64,000 nt of DNA from Lama guanicoe (lineage: Eukaryota). The stretch lies in assembly GCA_013239625.1 (NCBI GenBank), contig MU057069.1, positions 1,918,018-1,982,017 of the forward strand. The letters are read 5' to 3'. The position numbers and the translations under genes are program-made. Numbering within the stretch: position 1 is the stretch's first letter; each line of letters starts with the position of its first letter. Of this stretch, positions 49,021 through 61,149 are shown piece by piece. The notes beneath the pieces are model-generated. The model saw nothing but the letters and a program-made list of their open reading frames with translations, searched no databases and was not told the DNA's origin.

Positions 49021-52000
49021 AGATTCCCACGGCCGGCTGCCGGTCTTCAGCCTGCCACCCCTGAGCCTGGGCCGAGCCTGGGCCGGCAGGAGGGAGCACT
49101 GTTGTCCCAGAAGGTTTAACTGCTTTCTGACCAAAGGCCACCAGGTGGGTCGAGAGAAAACAAGCTGCTGTTTGCTACAGCCAGACGGAAAGCAGCGCGG
49201 CTCTTGGGGCTGCAACACTGAGCAAGCCCCACCTGCAGCCCTCCTGCTCACCCCCAACACGGGGCCCAAAGCAGCAGGGCCAGACCCCACCAGAAAGGCT
49301 ACAAAGAAGGCGAGGGATCTTCAACCGCAAGGTTCCAGAGCTTAAAGCAAATGTTCTCAACTGCTGAACAAGAGTCACCTGGGAAGGTTTCTGAATAGAC
49401 GCTCCCAGAGGGAGATGGAGACGTGCATGTCCTGGGCTGGGCTGGGGCCCAACCAGAATTGTTCAGAAGTCCCCTCTAATGTCCAGCCAGGGTGCAGAAT
49501 GACCGCTGAGAAGGGAGGCCCAGCCCTGCCAGCTGTCCGTCTGTCCCAGGCTGCCTTCCAGCTGCACTAAGTCACTGGCAGCTCCTGGCTGGGCCGCAGG
49601 GGACCCGATGAAAGCAGCGATCGAGGGCAGAGCAGACGGAACACAGCTGTTCAGAACTTGCTGGCAGCAGGGGGATGGGGGTGCGAGGGGGTGCCCAGGG
49701 AGTGGGCACCGCTGGAGGTGTGATGCAGTAAGACGCCCCGACACACAGGGCTGGGATCAGCACCCGCAAAAGGCCCTGCCAGCCACGTTCAGAAAGAAAG
49801 TGAAACCTTGGGCAGCCTGAGGGGAAAGAGGGGAGAGGCGGCGGGCCTCTCTGCTCCAGTGACACTGTGAGACCCCTGGGAGACAGGAAACGTGAGCACC
49901 ACGCCAGGCAACCATACCACCTACGTGAGCCACTGCCACACTTGCACGAGACAGAGGGAAGCCCCTGCCCCAGGCAACGCCCTGAGCAACCAGAGCTCAG
50001 GGAGAGACTCCTGCCTCCTCAGCCCCTGCCCTGAGTCGGGTGGCTTCTTCGGCTCCTGCTCAGTGGGAGCATCTGGCTGGAACACGGGAAGCCGTCACAG
50101 CCAGCACAGTGACGCTGAACCACAGAGCACACAGGTGGCATGCACACACTCCTGTCAGCCATGTGGCTGAGCCCTGAAGCCTATCACAGCGCTTGGCTTA
50201 GCAGGACCCACACAAGCTGAAAGCCCAAAGGACTTCAAACAGGAGAAACTCTCAGATTCACTACAAGAATCCAAACAATCCAGAGAGAAAGAAACTCGAA
50301 CCTGGGCTCGTGACTAATCAGGACTCACTGGACTCCCCAGCTGTCCAGGTTTTGGAACACAGGGAGAGCAGGGGGTAATGACCCTGTGCACCGAGCCCAC
50401 CTGGATACAGGCCACAGCCCTCCAGCCCTGCCCTTGGCCCACAGGGACACCAGATTCCAGAGAAACTCGGGTGCCCAGGCTCAAGGACAGAGGGAGTCTG
50501 CACTGTGGTCAGACCCGGGTGTCCACCTGCAACAACACTGCCAGGCCCGGGGGCACCTGCTGGGCCCCGAGCTCCTGCTGCGCATTCCCAGAGGGAAACC
50601 GGCCTGGGAGACCCCGAAACCTCTCTTGGGGCGGCCTCATGCTCAAATGCCATGGAGTCAGGAGCCACCTGAACAGGGCCCAGCCTGTCTGGGCTCCTCC
50701 CCACTCCTGTCCTAGGCAGGCTTCTAGGCTCCTTCCTGAGGACCCTTGGGGTTTGTCTCTGGAAGGAGCTGGAGCCTCCTGGTACAAGGCCAGGACCCTG
50801 CTCTTCTCAGACCCAAGTCCTTCTCCTGGATTCACAGAGAAACCCCCAAGCACCAGCGCCCTCCCTCTTGGGGCAGAGCACCTGCAGAAGGTCAAATCTG
50901 ACCCCCCTGGTTAAACTTCCAAACAGCAGGGGCAGGAGGGGGGCAGAACCAAACGCCTGGAAGACATGAAGCCTCCCGAGTGGAGGGACTTGACGTCACG
51001 GCTCTCTTCAGCTCCTTCCCTGCTTCCAGAGGCTCCCCGCCCCAGGAGGAGGGCTTGTGAGGACCGGGACCCTCTGCAAGCATCCTGGGCAGGCCCGCAT
51101 CTGGGAGGCTCTCCCTTGTCTCTTTCCTACTGCAAATTCCCAACTGACTTCTCAGAAATCCGCACCTCCTGGAGACCGACAGGGGAGTTTTAAAGTCCAT
51201 CTTTATAAAGTGCCACTCCCCACACATTTTCCTGAGGTTGAGAAAGCAGACAGACTGCTCAGCCGTGGAGACCCCGCAGCAGTTTTTGCGCACGTCTGGG
51301 GTCCTCTCTTCCTGATGCTCCTAGACCCCGGTGAAGACCCAGCCTCTGAGAGAAACAGAGGCCTCAGCACAGGGCCTGACCTCCACCCTGTATCTCCATG
51401 ACTGGCCGGAGCACTGAGGCGCAGGGGAGGGGCGGCTGCAGACCAGCACCAGTCCTGGGTGGGCCTGGCTGGGCCCCTAGCACGGAGCTCAGCAGGGGTG
51501 GGAAGGGGCAACACTGGGGAGAGTGGTCTCCCGAGTGTTTCTGGCACCACCCTCAGGAAGCCACATTTCAGCTCTCCTGAGGGCACAGGCTTTCTCACTG
51601 CCGCAGCCCCATCCAGTCCTCGGGGCGAGGCTGCCCCTGCAAGCTGACCACAAAGGGACCCCCAACAAGCACAAGTCGCTGGGAAAGAGCCTCAGTGGGG
51701 AAGTCAGGCTCCTCTGGCTCCTCTGGCTGCTGAGCGGATAGTCCCGAGCACTGGAAGGGCTGGAGGAGACAGACGTCGGGAGGTGCTGTGCCTCCCAACC
51801 CAGGTGCCGGCTCCGCAGGTACGCGCAACTGCATCAAGCTGTGGTGGGTGCACTTCTCTGTCATGTACGGTTTACTCCAGTAATTAAAAGCCCCCTTTGG
51901 GGCGGAAGATGCCCTATGCAAGGCTAGACTTATTCTTCTAGAGGTAAAAAACTGAAGTGCGCTGGAGATGCCTGCCCAGGTCACAGAGCATTCCCTTCCA

Positions 52001-52916
52001 CTGCCGCGTGATTCCCAGAAGAATGGACCCTAGGCTGAAAGCATCTCCCCTGATAGGACTTCAGACGGTCAGAAACAGCCTCTCCTGTGCCAAGGCCTCC
52101 AATGAACCACCACCTCCAATTAACAGACAGGCTGTCTGCCTAAGCCCATGCTGGGTGGGCCTCTTCTCTGCACCTCATTCCCAGAGGGCCAGAGCAGTCC
52201 TGACCCAGTCAGGGCAGCACGGGGGAGGGGTGTCCCCACTCAGTTTCAGACAGAGACGCAGGAGGCAGCTGGCCAGGAAGGGGCGAGAGGGCATCACCCA
52301 GCATCATCCAGGGCAGTTAACCCTGCGCAGTGGACGGAGGTGGCTCTCCCTACCACCAGCAGGAAACAGAGCCCACCTCGTGGTGCTGAGTGAGCTCAGT
52401 GACCACCAGAGGATGAACAGCAAGTCTGTTTCTAGGCTTCTGCAAAGGCTCACGTAACCCTCAAGCGGGAAACCATGACAGGAGAGCGAATACAGGAGAA
52501 AGCACCAGAACCCACAGTAGGAACTCAGGACCGCGCCACAGACGTGCTCAAAAGCAGCAAGGCCCCTCTCAGCTCCACCACATGTCAACCACTCCCCAAA
52601 ACAGTAAGAGCCCCCACAGAGCAAGCTTCTTGAGGAAGAAAGCCTTACTGAGTGGCCCAGAGTGGTGCCCCAGGGGGTCTCAGGGCAATCACAGAGCAGA
52701 GCGTCAGAACAGGGCTGGGGGAAGGTGGGAGGTGAGCTCGGAGGGCCGGCGCTTCCTGGAGTGAGCTGGCTAGCCCTGCACCTGCCTGCCCACCACGCCC
52801 CACGGGTGATCCCAGGAGAGAGACTTGGGAAGACGCGGCTGCAGGAAAACAATCGGGTCTCTGTCCCTGTGATCAAGGACGGGTACTTCACCAGCACCCA
52901 GGGGAGGAAGGTGACG

Positions 52917-52964
52917 GGGACAAAGGAAGGATGGAGAAACGGGACAAAGGAAGGATGGAGAAAC
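52917..52964. repeat. 24-bp tandem duplication (gggacaaaggaaggatggagaaac x2)
   Basis: Two identical adjacent copies. Confidence 0.95.
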
Positions 52965-53244
52965 GGCTCCCACCCAGGCCCGCCTACAGCCTTGGGCTGT
53001 TTAGCCGGAAGGAAGGACAGAAGCACGGCCGCCCAGTGATGGGGACAGCTTGTGTGTCTTTCATGGTATATCCCGTCCACCTGGACTCGGCCGTCAGTCT
53101 CTAACAGGAAGAGAAACAAATTCTGGTAACCCACGTGGCCAAAGGCTCGGGGCGCGGACCCACAGCTACATGCCGAGCAGGCGGGCGGTACGTCCACCAC
53201 GTGACCTGGGGATCAAGGGCCCGTGCCAGTCATTCCCACAGCCA

Positions 53245-53370
53245 CGAGGCAGCCAGGCCTTGGGCAAGTGACCTAAGCGTCCAAGCCTCAGGTTTTCCCA
53301 TCTGCAAAACGGCTTCATAAATGAGCCTCACTTAAGAGCAGCGTCCAGCACACAGCGGGTGCTGTAAAGG
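53245..53370 (+). mobile_element. MIR SINE fragment
   Basis: ccttgggcaagtgacctaa...gcctcaggttttcccatctgcaaaa resembles the MIR core. Confidence 0.65.
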
Positions 53371-53419
53371 TATTTAGGAAACAAATAACACGTTCTTCAT
53401 TATCATCCTAGCTTTGTTC

Positions 53420-54126
53420 ATGAGAACCCACATTCAGACCAAATTCCTGGGGAGAGACCACCTCACAGCTGTAAGGACGAGCACAGTGAGGAAGGTGGAC
53501 ACAGGCACGTTGGGAGGACGTGGACAAGTCGGAAACTTGACGCACGCTGGTCAGAATGTGAGATGGGGCAGTCACCGTGCAAAACAGTGTGAAGGGTCCT
53601 CAACAGGTCGGATGCAGCAACTCCACTCCCAGATGCACACCCAAGAAAACGGCGACACAGACGTCCACACAGACAGCCATCCGTGGCTGTCCACAGCCGC
53701 TCTGCTCACAACAGCCAACACGGACCCGGCCCGGGCGGCCCTAGCAGATGGACGGGCAACACCGTGCTGTCCTTCCAAATGACATCAGGTCTTCAGCTTT
53801 GAGAAGGAACGAAAGTCTGACACACGCCACACTACCAGGGTGAACCCTGAAGCCCTGATGCTGACCGGGAGAAGCAGACACAAAGGCCACAGATAGTCAG
53901 ATTCCATTTACAGAGCAGAAAGTTGCCTGGGGCTGGGGGCGCTGGAGGGAAATGGGGAATGACTGCCACAGGAATGGGGTTTCTCTCTGGGGAGCTGAAA
54001 ATGTTCTAAAGTGACTGTGTTAATGGCTGCACAACTCTGTCAATATACTAAGAACCACTGAATTATTCACATTAAAGCGTGAATTCTATGGTATGAGTTA
54101 CATCTCAATAAAACTGTTACCAAAAG
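53420..54126 (+). mobile_element. L1MB-like 3' end with AATAAA
   Basis: Classic L1MB terminus: gggtttctctctgggg...gaaaatgttctaaa...atggctgcacaactctgtcaatatactaagaaccactgaatt...catctcaataaaactgtt. Confidence 0.85.
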
Positions 54127-56835
54127 AATTTTTTTTTGAAATTATACAACCAGGAAGTTTCTGGGCCTCACAGGTCTCATCCCTGGTTTTCTGGGCACAA
54201 AGGCCTCTTCTCGGATAACTGCGTGTGTGAGAACTTACAAGGACTCACGCGGGCTGTGCCAAAGAGAAAGTCAAAGGACTTCATGTTTGCCACAGGGAGA
54301 CTTTATATTAACAACCAAACCTGCCACCCTGATCTTAACTCTCCCATCCAACCTCACTGCTGTTCCCGGAGGCTTCAGCACATCATGCCTGGAGCAGGGC
54401 CCTGGACTGAGGTCCTCTCTGCAGGAGAGTAACCAGGGTCTCAGCCAGGACACGGCGGCTGGGAGGTGGGAGGGGTGGGACTCACACAGACACACATAGG
54501 TCCTCACACACTCCCCACCAGCTAAACCCACGTGGATGGGATGGCATCCCCTCCCACTTTCCCCACACCGACCACGTGACCCTGAGGCTGCTCCAGGCCC
54601 AAGTCACACCCTACCTGGGAGCCCCATCTGGCACCTGTGAGGGCTGCAGCATTTCCCTCCTCAGGTGTTCATGTGTCTGCCCCCAGCAAAGCCTCGGGCT
54701 CTCTGAGAGCGAAGGCAGGCCCCCAATTCCGAGCTCAACAGCAGACATAGGGCATCTCAGAGGTCGCTGCAGGGACAACGGGTGAGCACACAGCAAGGAC
54801 CTCCTTACCACAGCCATGCAGGCAGGTGGCTCAGCGGGTGTGTGTACTACGGAGAACTGGCCAGAGCAGCCTCCAAACACAAGGCACCAAACAGAGCATC
54901 ACTTTCCAGAAGATGCCCTTGGAGCGGAGGCCCAGGCCTGGTGCTAGGTGTAACTGTCACAGACGTCAACTGGCACTGACTTCGCTCCCTCCACCTGACA
55001 CTCACTCTAGCACCAGCGGGGACAGGTCCTGGCCACGCGCCCCAGGGAGAAGGCTGCACCGGGTCCCAGCACTTTCCAAACGCACTCCTCACGAAGCCAG
55101 GCAATGGAGGCGTGAGGAGGCCCCGTCTGAGGGGCTGGGAGGGCCGAGCAGGAGAGAGAGCTGCAGGGCAAGGCCTAGGGCCCTGGTCTCACTTGAAGAC
55201 GCTGCCCACAGAGGGCCAGCTGCCCACGAGCCTCTGGGACAGGCTGCGCCCCCAGGAGCATCCAGGGGTGGGTCTCCCTTCCCGCCTTCCGACAACCCCC
55301 GGCCTGCATGTCAGGACCACCTCCCCCCAGCACAACACACACGTTCTACCCACCTCTGCTCTGAAGTGAATTAACTCCTGGGGTTAGTTCTAGTCCCAGG
55401 ACCTCTGTACACGGGGTGAGCCGAGAGGCCCAGGAACCTACTGCGTGACCCGGCCTGTCTCTGAAACGCCAGCCCTCAGCCAGGGTTGCCGCCAGGGGTC
55501 CCAGGATGAGACCCCTCACTCAAGTGTGAATGTATACCACATGCTAGCCCCACAGCTACTAGAGTCATAAAACGTTCTTCCCCTTTACGGAAGCATCAAA
55601 TGATATTTGTTTCCAAAAACACCCCGCCTCACGTCCTGTGAGACGTCCTATTGCTAAAGAGGACAAAGAGGCTTTGCTCCCAGATTTGATTATTCCAGCG
55701 TGAAACACAACAAGGGCATCAGATGCTGGGGGAACTGTGCACACAGGGCCACTGTCTGAGGCAGGGTGTCAGGAAACTCATTCTGTTTTCCTGCAGACAA
55801 CTAGGCTTCCACCTTTTTCGATAGTCTTTTCACTCCCGTGCTTCCAGAGGCAGCAGGTAAGAGGAGGGCACCGCGGGGGACCTTCTCAAGAAGGGACCAG
55901 CACCAGCGCTCGCAGCCTTGGGAAATCACCTGCGAGGTGGAGCCGCGGCCACGGGGGACAGGGCTCCAACAGCCAGAGCCCTGCTCTTCAGCAAAGACAG
56001 ACCTGTTAGGTTGGGGCATGAACCTCAACTCTCCCCACGTGACAAGAGAAGGCCAGACAGAGGAATCAAAGCACAAGGTGAGCCGGTGAAGCTCCCTGGG
56101 CCTCCAGTTAGGCCACTTACTAAACACAGAGGCCAGGACTTCGGGAACAGCAGAGCTACTGGATACCGCAGGCGCCTGGCTTCCCCGAGTCCGAGGAACG
56201 TATGGCCTGAGCGTCCCAGCAGCCGCGTGGCCGGCTGGACAGGGCAGGGTCACAGTGACAGGATCTTGTGAATGGGGAGCTGCTTGGACCACAGAAGGAG
56301 CGAGTGAGGCCTCCTCAGCTCTACGCTTGGCCAATTCTTTTACTCTCGACTTCCACGAAAGCGCATCTGACCCCAGCCACGAAGTGGAAGTGACTTGGTC
56401 CACAGCTGCCTAGAGTACCAGGCCTTCTGACTCTCAGTCCATATTCACTCCACTCCACCGCCCTGCCTCAGGGAGATAAGAACTCCAGGCTGGAGGGGCA
56501 GATGGAACACCTGTGGGTAGAAGAGGTGCGTGACGGCCTCATGGAAAGAACAGGGTACTACTGCAGGCTGGCTGCACTGGGGGTTGAGCACGTGTGGGTC
56601 TTCCAACCTGCAGGTGTCCTGCCAGGCATGTGTCATGGACACGTGCTGCTTAAAGTATGAACTTTAGGGGCAGACATAGTGCAGACACAGTGGTTCCAAA
56701 AGGGAAACAAACGAGGGTGAGCCATGGGAGGGCCCTAGGTTGACTGGTCAGCGCAGGAAGGAGAATGGAGTCCAACTCTTCTTCCAGTGGTGAGCCCAGA
56801 GCAGGGCCACGGGACAGCATCTCCATGCTGCCCAG

Positions 56836-56879
56836 CAGGTCCAAGCCTTAGTGAAGCCAGGTCCAAGCCTTAGTGAAGC
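56836..56879. repeat. 22-bp tandem duplication (caggtccaagccttagtgaagc x2)
   Basis: Two identical adjacent copies. Confidence 0.95.
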
Positions 56880-57394
56880 CTCTCATGGAGGCCCGAAGCC
56901 AGAGCTCTATGGGGCAGGTGCCTGTTAGCTGGGCTGGGAATGCAGAGGACTGCGCAGGAGATGCAGCACCAGCAGGCGCCACCCCAGCCACGGAGGTGCG
57001 CACGCCTAGCACTCTGGGTGCTCAGCCCCATCTCTTCGACACCTCAGGACCCTGAGGAGGACACTGTCCCCACTGCAGAAAAGAATTCCAAAAGTGAGGA
57101 AAATACACACACGATTGGATCACTGTTGTCAATGCTACTGTCAAAATAATTCTGAAGTTTCTCTTCTCTTGGAAAATACCTATTTTTAAAAATCTGGATG
57201 TATTATTACAAAGCGTTCAACTCTGTTCTTAACCTGGACCTGACAAGGAGGGGCTCCTTCAGGGAAGCTCAACTCGGCAGGAGGTCTCCCTCCCCTCCCC
57301 CCAGGGCCTGAGATGAGCTCCCCAGTGGAGCAGGAAGGTAGCAGGGAAGACAGGAAACACAGCTCCACTGAGTTCTTGTGTGAAGTCATCCCAA

Positions 57395-57530
57395 AAGGTG
57401 CTACTACTCTCACCATTCCACAGATAAGAAAACTCAGATTTAGCAAAGTTGCAGAAAGTGGTCACAGTTGGACGGTAGAGCTGGAATTCAAACCCACACA
57501 CACCAATCCACGTACTTTTTCACAAACTGC
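57395..57530 (-). mobile_element. MIR SINE fragment
   Basis: ccattccacagataagaaaactcaga...ggtcacag...agagctggaattcaaaccca resembles antisense MIR. Confidence 0.65.
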
Positions 57531-57857
57531 TTGAGGACAGACCGATTCATTTAGTTTTACTTTGGCTGGTTCCACAGGGGCAAAGCCCAGGCTGGAACAA
57601 CCTGTGAGCCGGGCCTGCTGGGCTGGCACACTGTGCTCTCCAGGGCCGGACACACCGAGGCATTCCAAGGGATGGTGACGTGCTCCTGCAACCTGGATTT
57701 CAAGGTAGAGACACTCTGGACTGGAGTGTCTGGGCTGGAGGGCAGCAGGTGTCCAGGTTAACTTATTGTCAGCCCACACCTGGGTCCATCTGGGCAGCTC
57801 TGGGGCCACAGCGACTGCAGTGCAGAGGTGGGGCCCGGCTGGAGTCACAAAGGGCCA

Positions 57858-58207
57858 CGTCATGGACCAGAATGTTTGCGTCTCCCTTGGAAGTCCTGCT
57901 TTGAAACCCCACTGAAGTGGGGTGACAGGAGGAGGTGGGGGTGTGGGAGGTGACCATGACTCAGCGAGGCCACGAGGGTGGGGGACTTGTGAGCGGGATT
58001 AGTGGTCTTCTAGGGGTCACAGGGAACCTGAGTCCTCGCTGCTCTCTACGGTGAGGACACACGGAGGAATCAGCCTGCACCAGAGCATGACCCCTCAGCC
58101 ACGCTGGCCTGGGACCTCTGGCCTCCAGAACACTGAGAAATACACCGCACTGTTTGTGGCCACTCAGCCTCTGGTACCTGTGAGAGCAGTCTGGATGGAG
58201 CCGGTCA
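57858..58207 (+). mobile_element. MLT1A-like solo LTR (ERVL-MaLR)
   Basis: About 350 bp; catggaccagaatgtttgcgtctccc...gggattagtg...gtgaggacaca...gcctccagaacactgagaaata...agcagtctggatggagccggtca follows the recalled MLT1A0 consensus end to end. Confidence 0.8.
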
Positions 58208-58581
58208 GCCTCCAAGAGTCGGTCCGGCCCAGCACCCCAAGAGGGATGCCCAGAAGGGGACACGTTCACTCCACCTTCTGCCACTGCACACGCGGCAGGC
58301 AGGCAGCAGAGACGTGATGCCTGGAAGGACTTCTCCTGTGGGAACAGCTCTGAGCAAGTAACCCAAAAAGGGCCTCTCATCATTTAAACCCCAAAAAGTT
58401 CACATCAGAAAATTTTTCTGAATAGTCAGTTTATCTTTTCATCTTTGTGCTTTCCTGTTTTTACAAAATGTGTGCAACGAGTAGGCTACTTTTTATACTT
58501 GTAGTAGCGAACAGTTTCGGAGCATTTGCTCTCTTGTATGTGGCCACTCCCCTTGGTTTCAAGATCCAATCCAGTCCTTAC

Positions 58582-58602
58582 ATCTACATTTTTAGTACAC
58601 AT
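58582..58602 (-). CDS. MPRIP: Candidate alternative first coding segment MCTKNVD, in frame with exon 4
   Basis: ATG TGT ACT AAA AAT GTA GAT|GTAAGG is a phase 0 donor downstream of a candidate promoter. No transcript evidence is available. Confidence 0.4.
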
Positions 58603-58789
58603 TTGCTTCACTTTAAGAAATCAGAATAGGAAAATTCAAAGTTACAAGAAAAGGAAATGCAGGGAGAACTTTGGATGCTTAGACAGGACTCGCTGCTCTC
58701 AGGACTCCCCTGCAGCAACCAGTGAAGGCGCCATAAGGGGCAGGGGCTGGGAAAGAGGGGACACAGAGGAAGAGGGGGAAAGGGGGGGG

Positions 58790-58817
58790 NNNNNNNNNNN
58801 NNNNNNNNNNNNNNNNN
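58790..58817. other. Assembly gap (28 N) within a G/purine-rich tract
   Basis: Run of n flanked by G homopolymers. Confidence 0.99.
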
Positions 58818-58926
58818 GGGGGGCGTGGGGGAAGAGGAGGGAAGTGGGGGAAGAGGGCAGGGGCTGAGAAGCAAATGGCTTTCAGCTGGCTCCAAGTTTG
58901 CAAGGCTTGTGCCTTTGACACGGCGG

Positions 58927-59368
58927 CTATTTTTGGGTTTCCGAGTAGGGGGAAGGAATTCTTCTCACCGCCTCCTTGCCTGGCAGCCCCTTTGCCCTAG
59001 CTCCCCCCTCCCCTCCTGGCTCCACAGCCCCTAGGATGAAGGAAGCCCACCCTTGAGTCTTTCCTCCCCCTGCCCCCACTTACCACCCCCATGCTCTTAA
59101 GCCCATTGGGAGGCCTCACCCATTTGCTTGTCTTTTTATACGGAGCTGGGAAAATGTGGAAATAAATGAAGTCTCAATTAGGCCAGCATCCAAGGTTTGG
59201 GGGTGGGGCGGGGGAGGGGTCTGAGGCTTCATCCCAGTCCAGGAATGCCTGAGAAAGCTCCAGGAGCCTCAGGCAGCCTCCAAGGGTGGAGGCTTCCCAC
59301 AGACTCCTTTCTGGTCTGCACTGAGCAGGCAGCCAGGGGCTTAGGGGCCTGGGAGCCCAGTTCATTCC
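58927..59368 (-). promoter_or_regulatory. Candidate internal MPRIP promoter
   Basis: Minus-strand TATAAAAAG at 59132-59140, GC box GGGGCGGGG at 59205-59213, TEAD/MCAT GGAATG at 59242-59247 and CATTCC at 59363-59368, MEF2-like CTATTTTTGG at 58927-58936. Confidence 0.45.
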
Positions 59369-60364
59369 CACACCAAGACTCACTGCAGGCAGCCCACTGC
59401 AGGAGGGCTGCCTCCCTTCCACCCCACGCACAGGAGAGGGGGGCTCTTCGCCCTGGTCCCCCTCTCTCCTCCTCCCTGGTGCCCTTCCCAGAGCAGGGGC
59501 AGGACCCTCGGACCCAGGCGCAGTGGCAGCCCTCCAGACCCAACAAAGGCAGTGTTCCCTCTAACTGTGGAAACTCAGCACTTCTTATTTATTCCGTTCT
59601 GAGTCCGGAAAGAGTGTCGAGAGGCAGGTTTTATTTCTTCCCCGAGTGGAGGGTGAGGGAGAGGCATACTCTGTCGGGAGGAGGCTGGGCGGGAAGAAGC
59701 TCACAGATATTTTTAGAGACATGGGAATTTGACAAGCAGGGACCTTCTGGGGCCAGAAACATGTTCTGTTTCAATCCCAATTCTGAAAGGCCGGTGGGTG
59801 GCAGAGAGTCAGGGGCTGGAGCAGAGCGTGGCGGGAGCAGCATGAGACTCCAGGGAAAAGAAGAAACTGAGCTGAGAGCTGGGACCTCTGAGGCCACTTC
59901 TCACTGCTGCCGTCTCGGCCATCTCTGCGTTCATGGAAGCTGGCAAATGTCACGACTGCACAGCAGCTCCCAGGGGCCCAGAGTGATGGCGCCGACCCCC
60001 AGCAGGGCCACCTCAGCTCTCAGCAGTGTGGGAGGTGGTGAGGGCACAGAGGTGAGACGCCAGTTGCCCCTCCCTCTGCCGCTGGTTCTGGCTTGACTGG
60101 GGAAGAATGAGGTGGGCTCTTCAGTTCTCTCTGGGCTTCCAATGACTCAGGCCATCTCAGTTCTCTGAGACCACAAGTACGACCCTGAAAATCACTCCTT
60201 TAGCCCCATCTCCCACCACCGTCTCTGGGCTTTGACCAGTCCCATCCCTCCACCTTGGATTACTCCTAATTTGCTCTCTCCCCGGGAGTCCCAGGGTTGC
60301 CAGGCTGGCCCCTGCGGCAAGCAGGGTGTGTGCAGCTCTCTGCACTGCACCCCGGCCGGCTGAC

Positions 60365-60478
60365 CCTACTCTTCCTAACTAGAGACTAGGAAGTCCTGGA
60401 GGGCAGGACCCTTGCTCACCTTTTCTTCCAGCCCGCCCAGGACACGCAGCAAGCGAGCAATGAGTGAGTGAATGAAAT
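60365..60478 (+). mobile_element. L2 3' end fragment
   Basis: actagagactaggaagtcctggagggcagga...gagtgagtgaatgaa resembles the L2 tail. Confidence 0.45.
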
Positions 60479-61149
60479 CAACCTCTCCTGCCTTCCAAAG
60501 GTTCCAAAGAGAGTCATCAGGAAAACACATGGTATGGGGAGAAGGGAACCACGATGGTGCGCGTGGCACTGGGATAAGGCCAGGCCTGGGCCCCAAGTCT
60601 CCTGGATGGTCTTTCTCAAGGCAGCCAGAGAGTCGGTTACAGAACCTGCCCGGTCTGTGACAACAAGGGTCTTATTGTTGGTGCAAGCAGGTGACCGGGC
60701 CCCTTATTCACCAGAGGGAGATTAGACAGACTGCTTCCCTCTACTCTTCTGGAAAAGCAGTCATCATTAACCTCTGGGTTTCCAACCAGAGAATTTGGGA
60801 TTTCAACTATCTATGAAAGTCTCTCTTCCTCATAAAAGGTGCAGAAGCAAATTACAGATGGAGGAGAACACCTCCCCCTCAGTAGGCAGGCATACGTCCA
60901 CTCCAGACATGCCACACACACCCCGCCAGGCGCACACAAAGAGCTACACAGACCCAGGGCAACAACGTGGCCCACACAGGACAAAGCAAGGAGAGAACAG
61001 CAGCCTAGAAATAGCGGAGTGGGGAAGGCAGGAGGGATGTGCCCACAGTGAAACCTGCACACACTCTGCAAATCGAGTCCTGAACTGCACGGGGGAGGGG
61101 GGGACCTACAGTCACACATGGCCAAAATCACACAGCAGCATGTTCAAGT

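Noticed and set aside
52304-53200. 298-aa sense-strand ORF with a PFLHPSFV repeat
   Set aside because: The repeat is just the 24-bp DNA duplication, and the rest looks like translated intron.
52917-56879. Direct repeats as a CRISPR-like array
   Set aside because: These are two unrelated two-copy duplications without spacers, in a mammalian intron.
59197-60096. 299-aa + strand ORF divergent from the candidate promoter
   Set aside because: Non-ATG start and no domain-like content. A divergent non-coding transcript is possible but cannot be supported from sequence alone.
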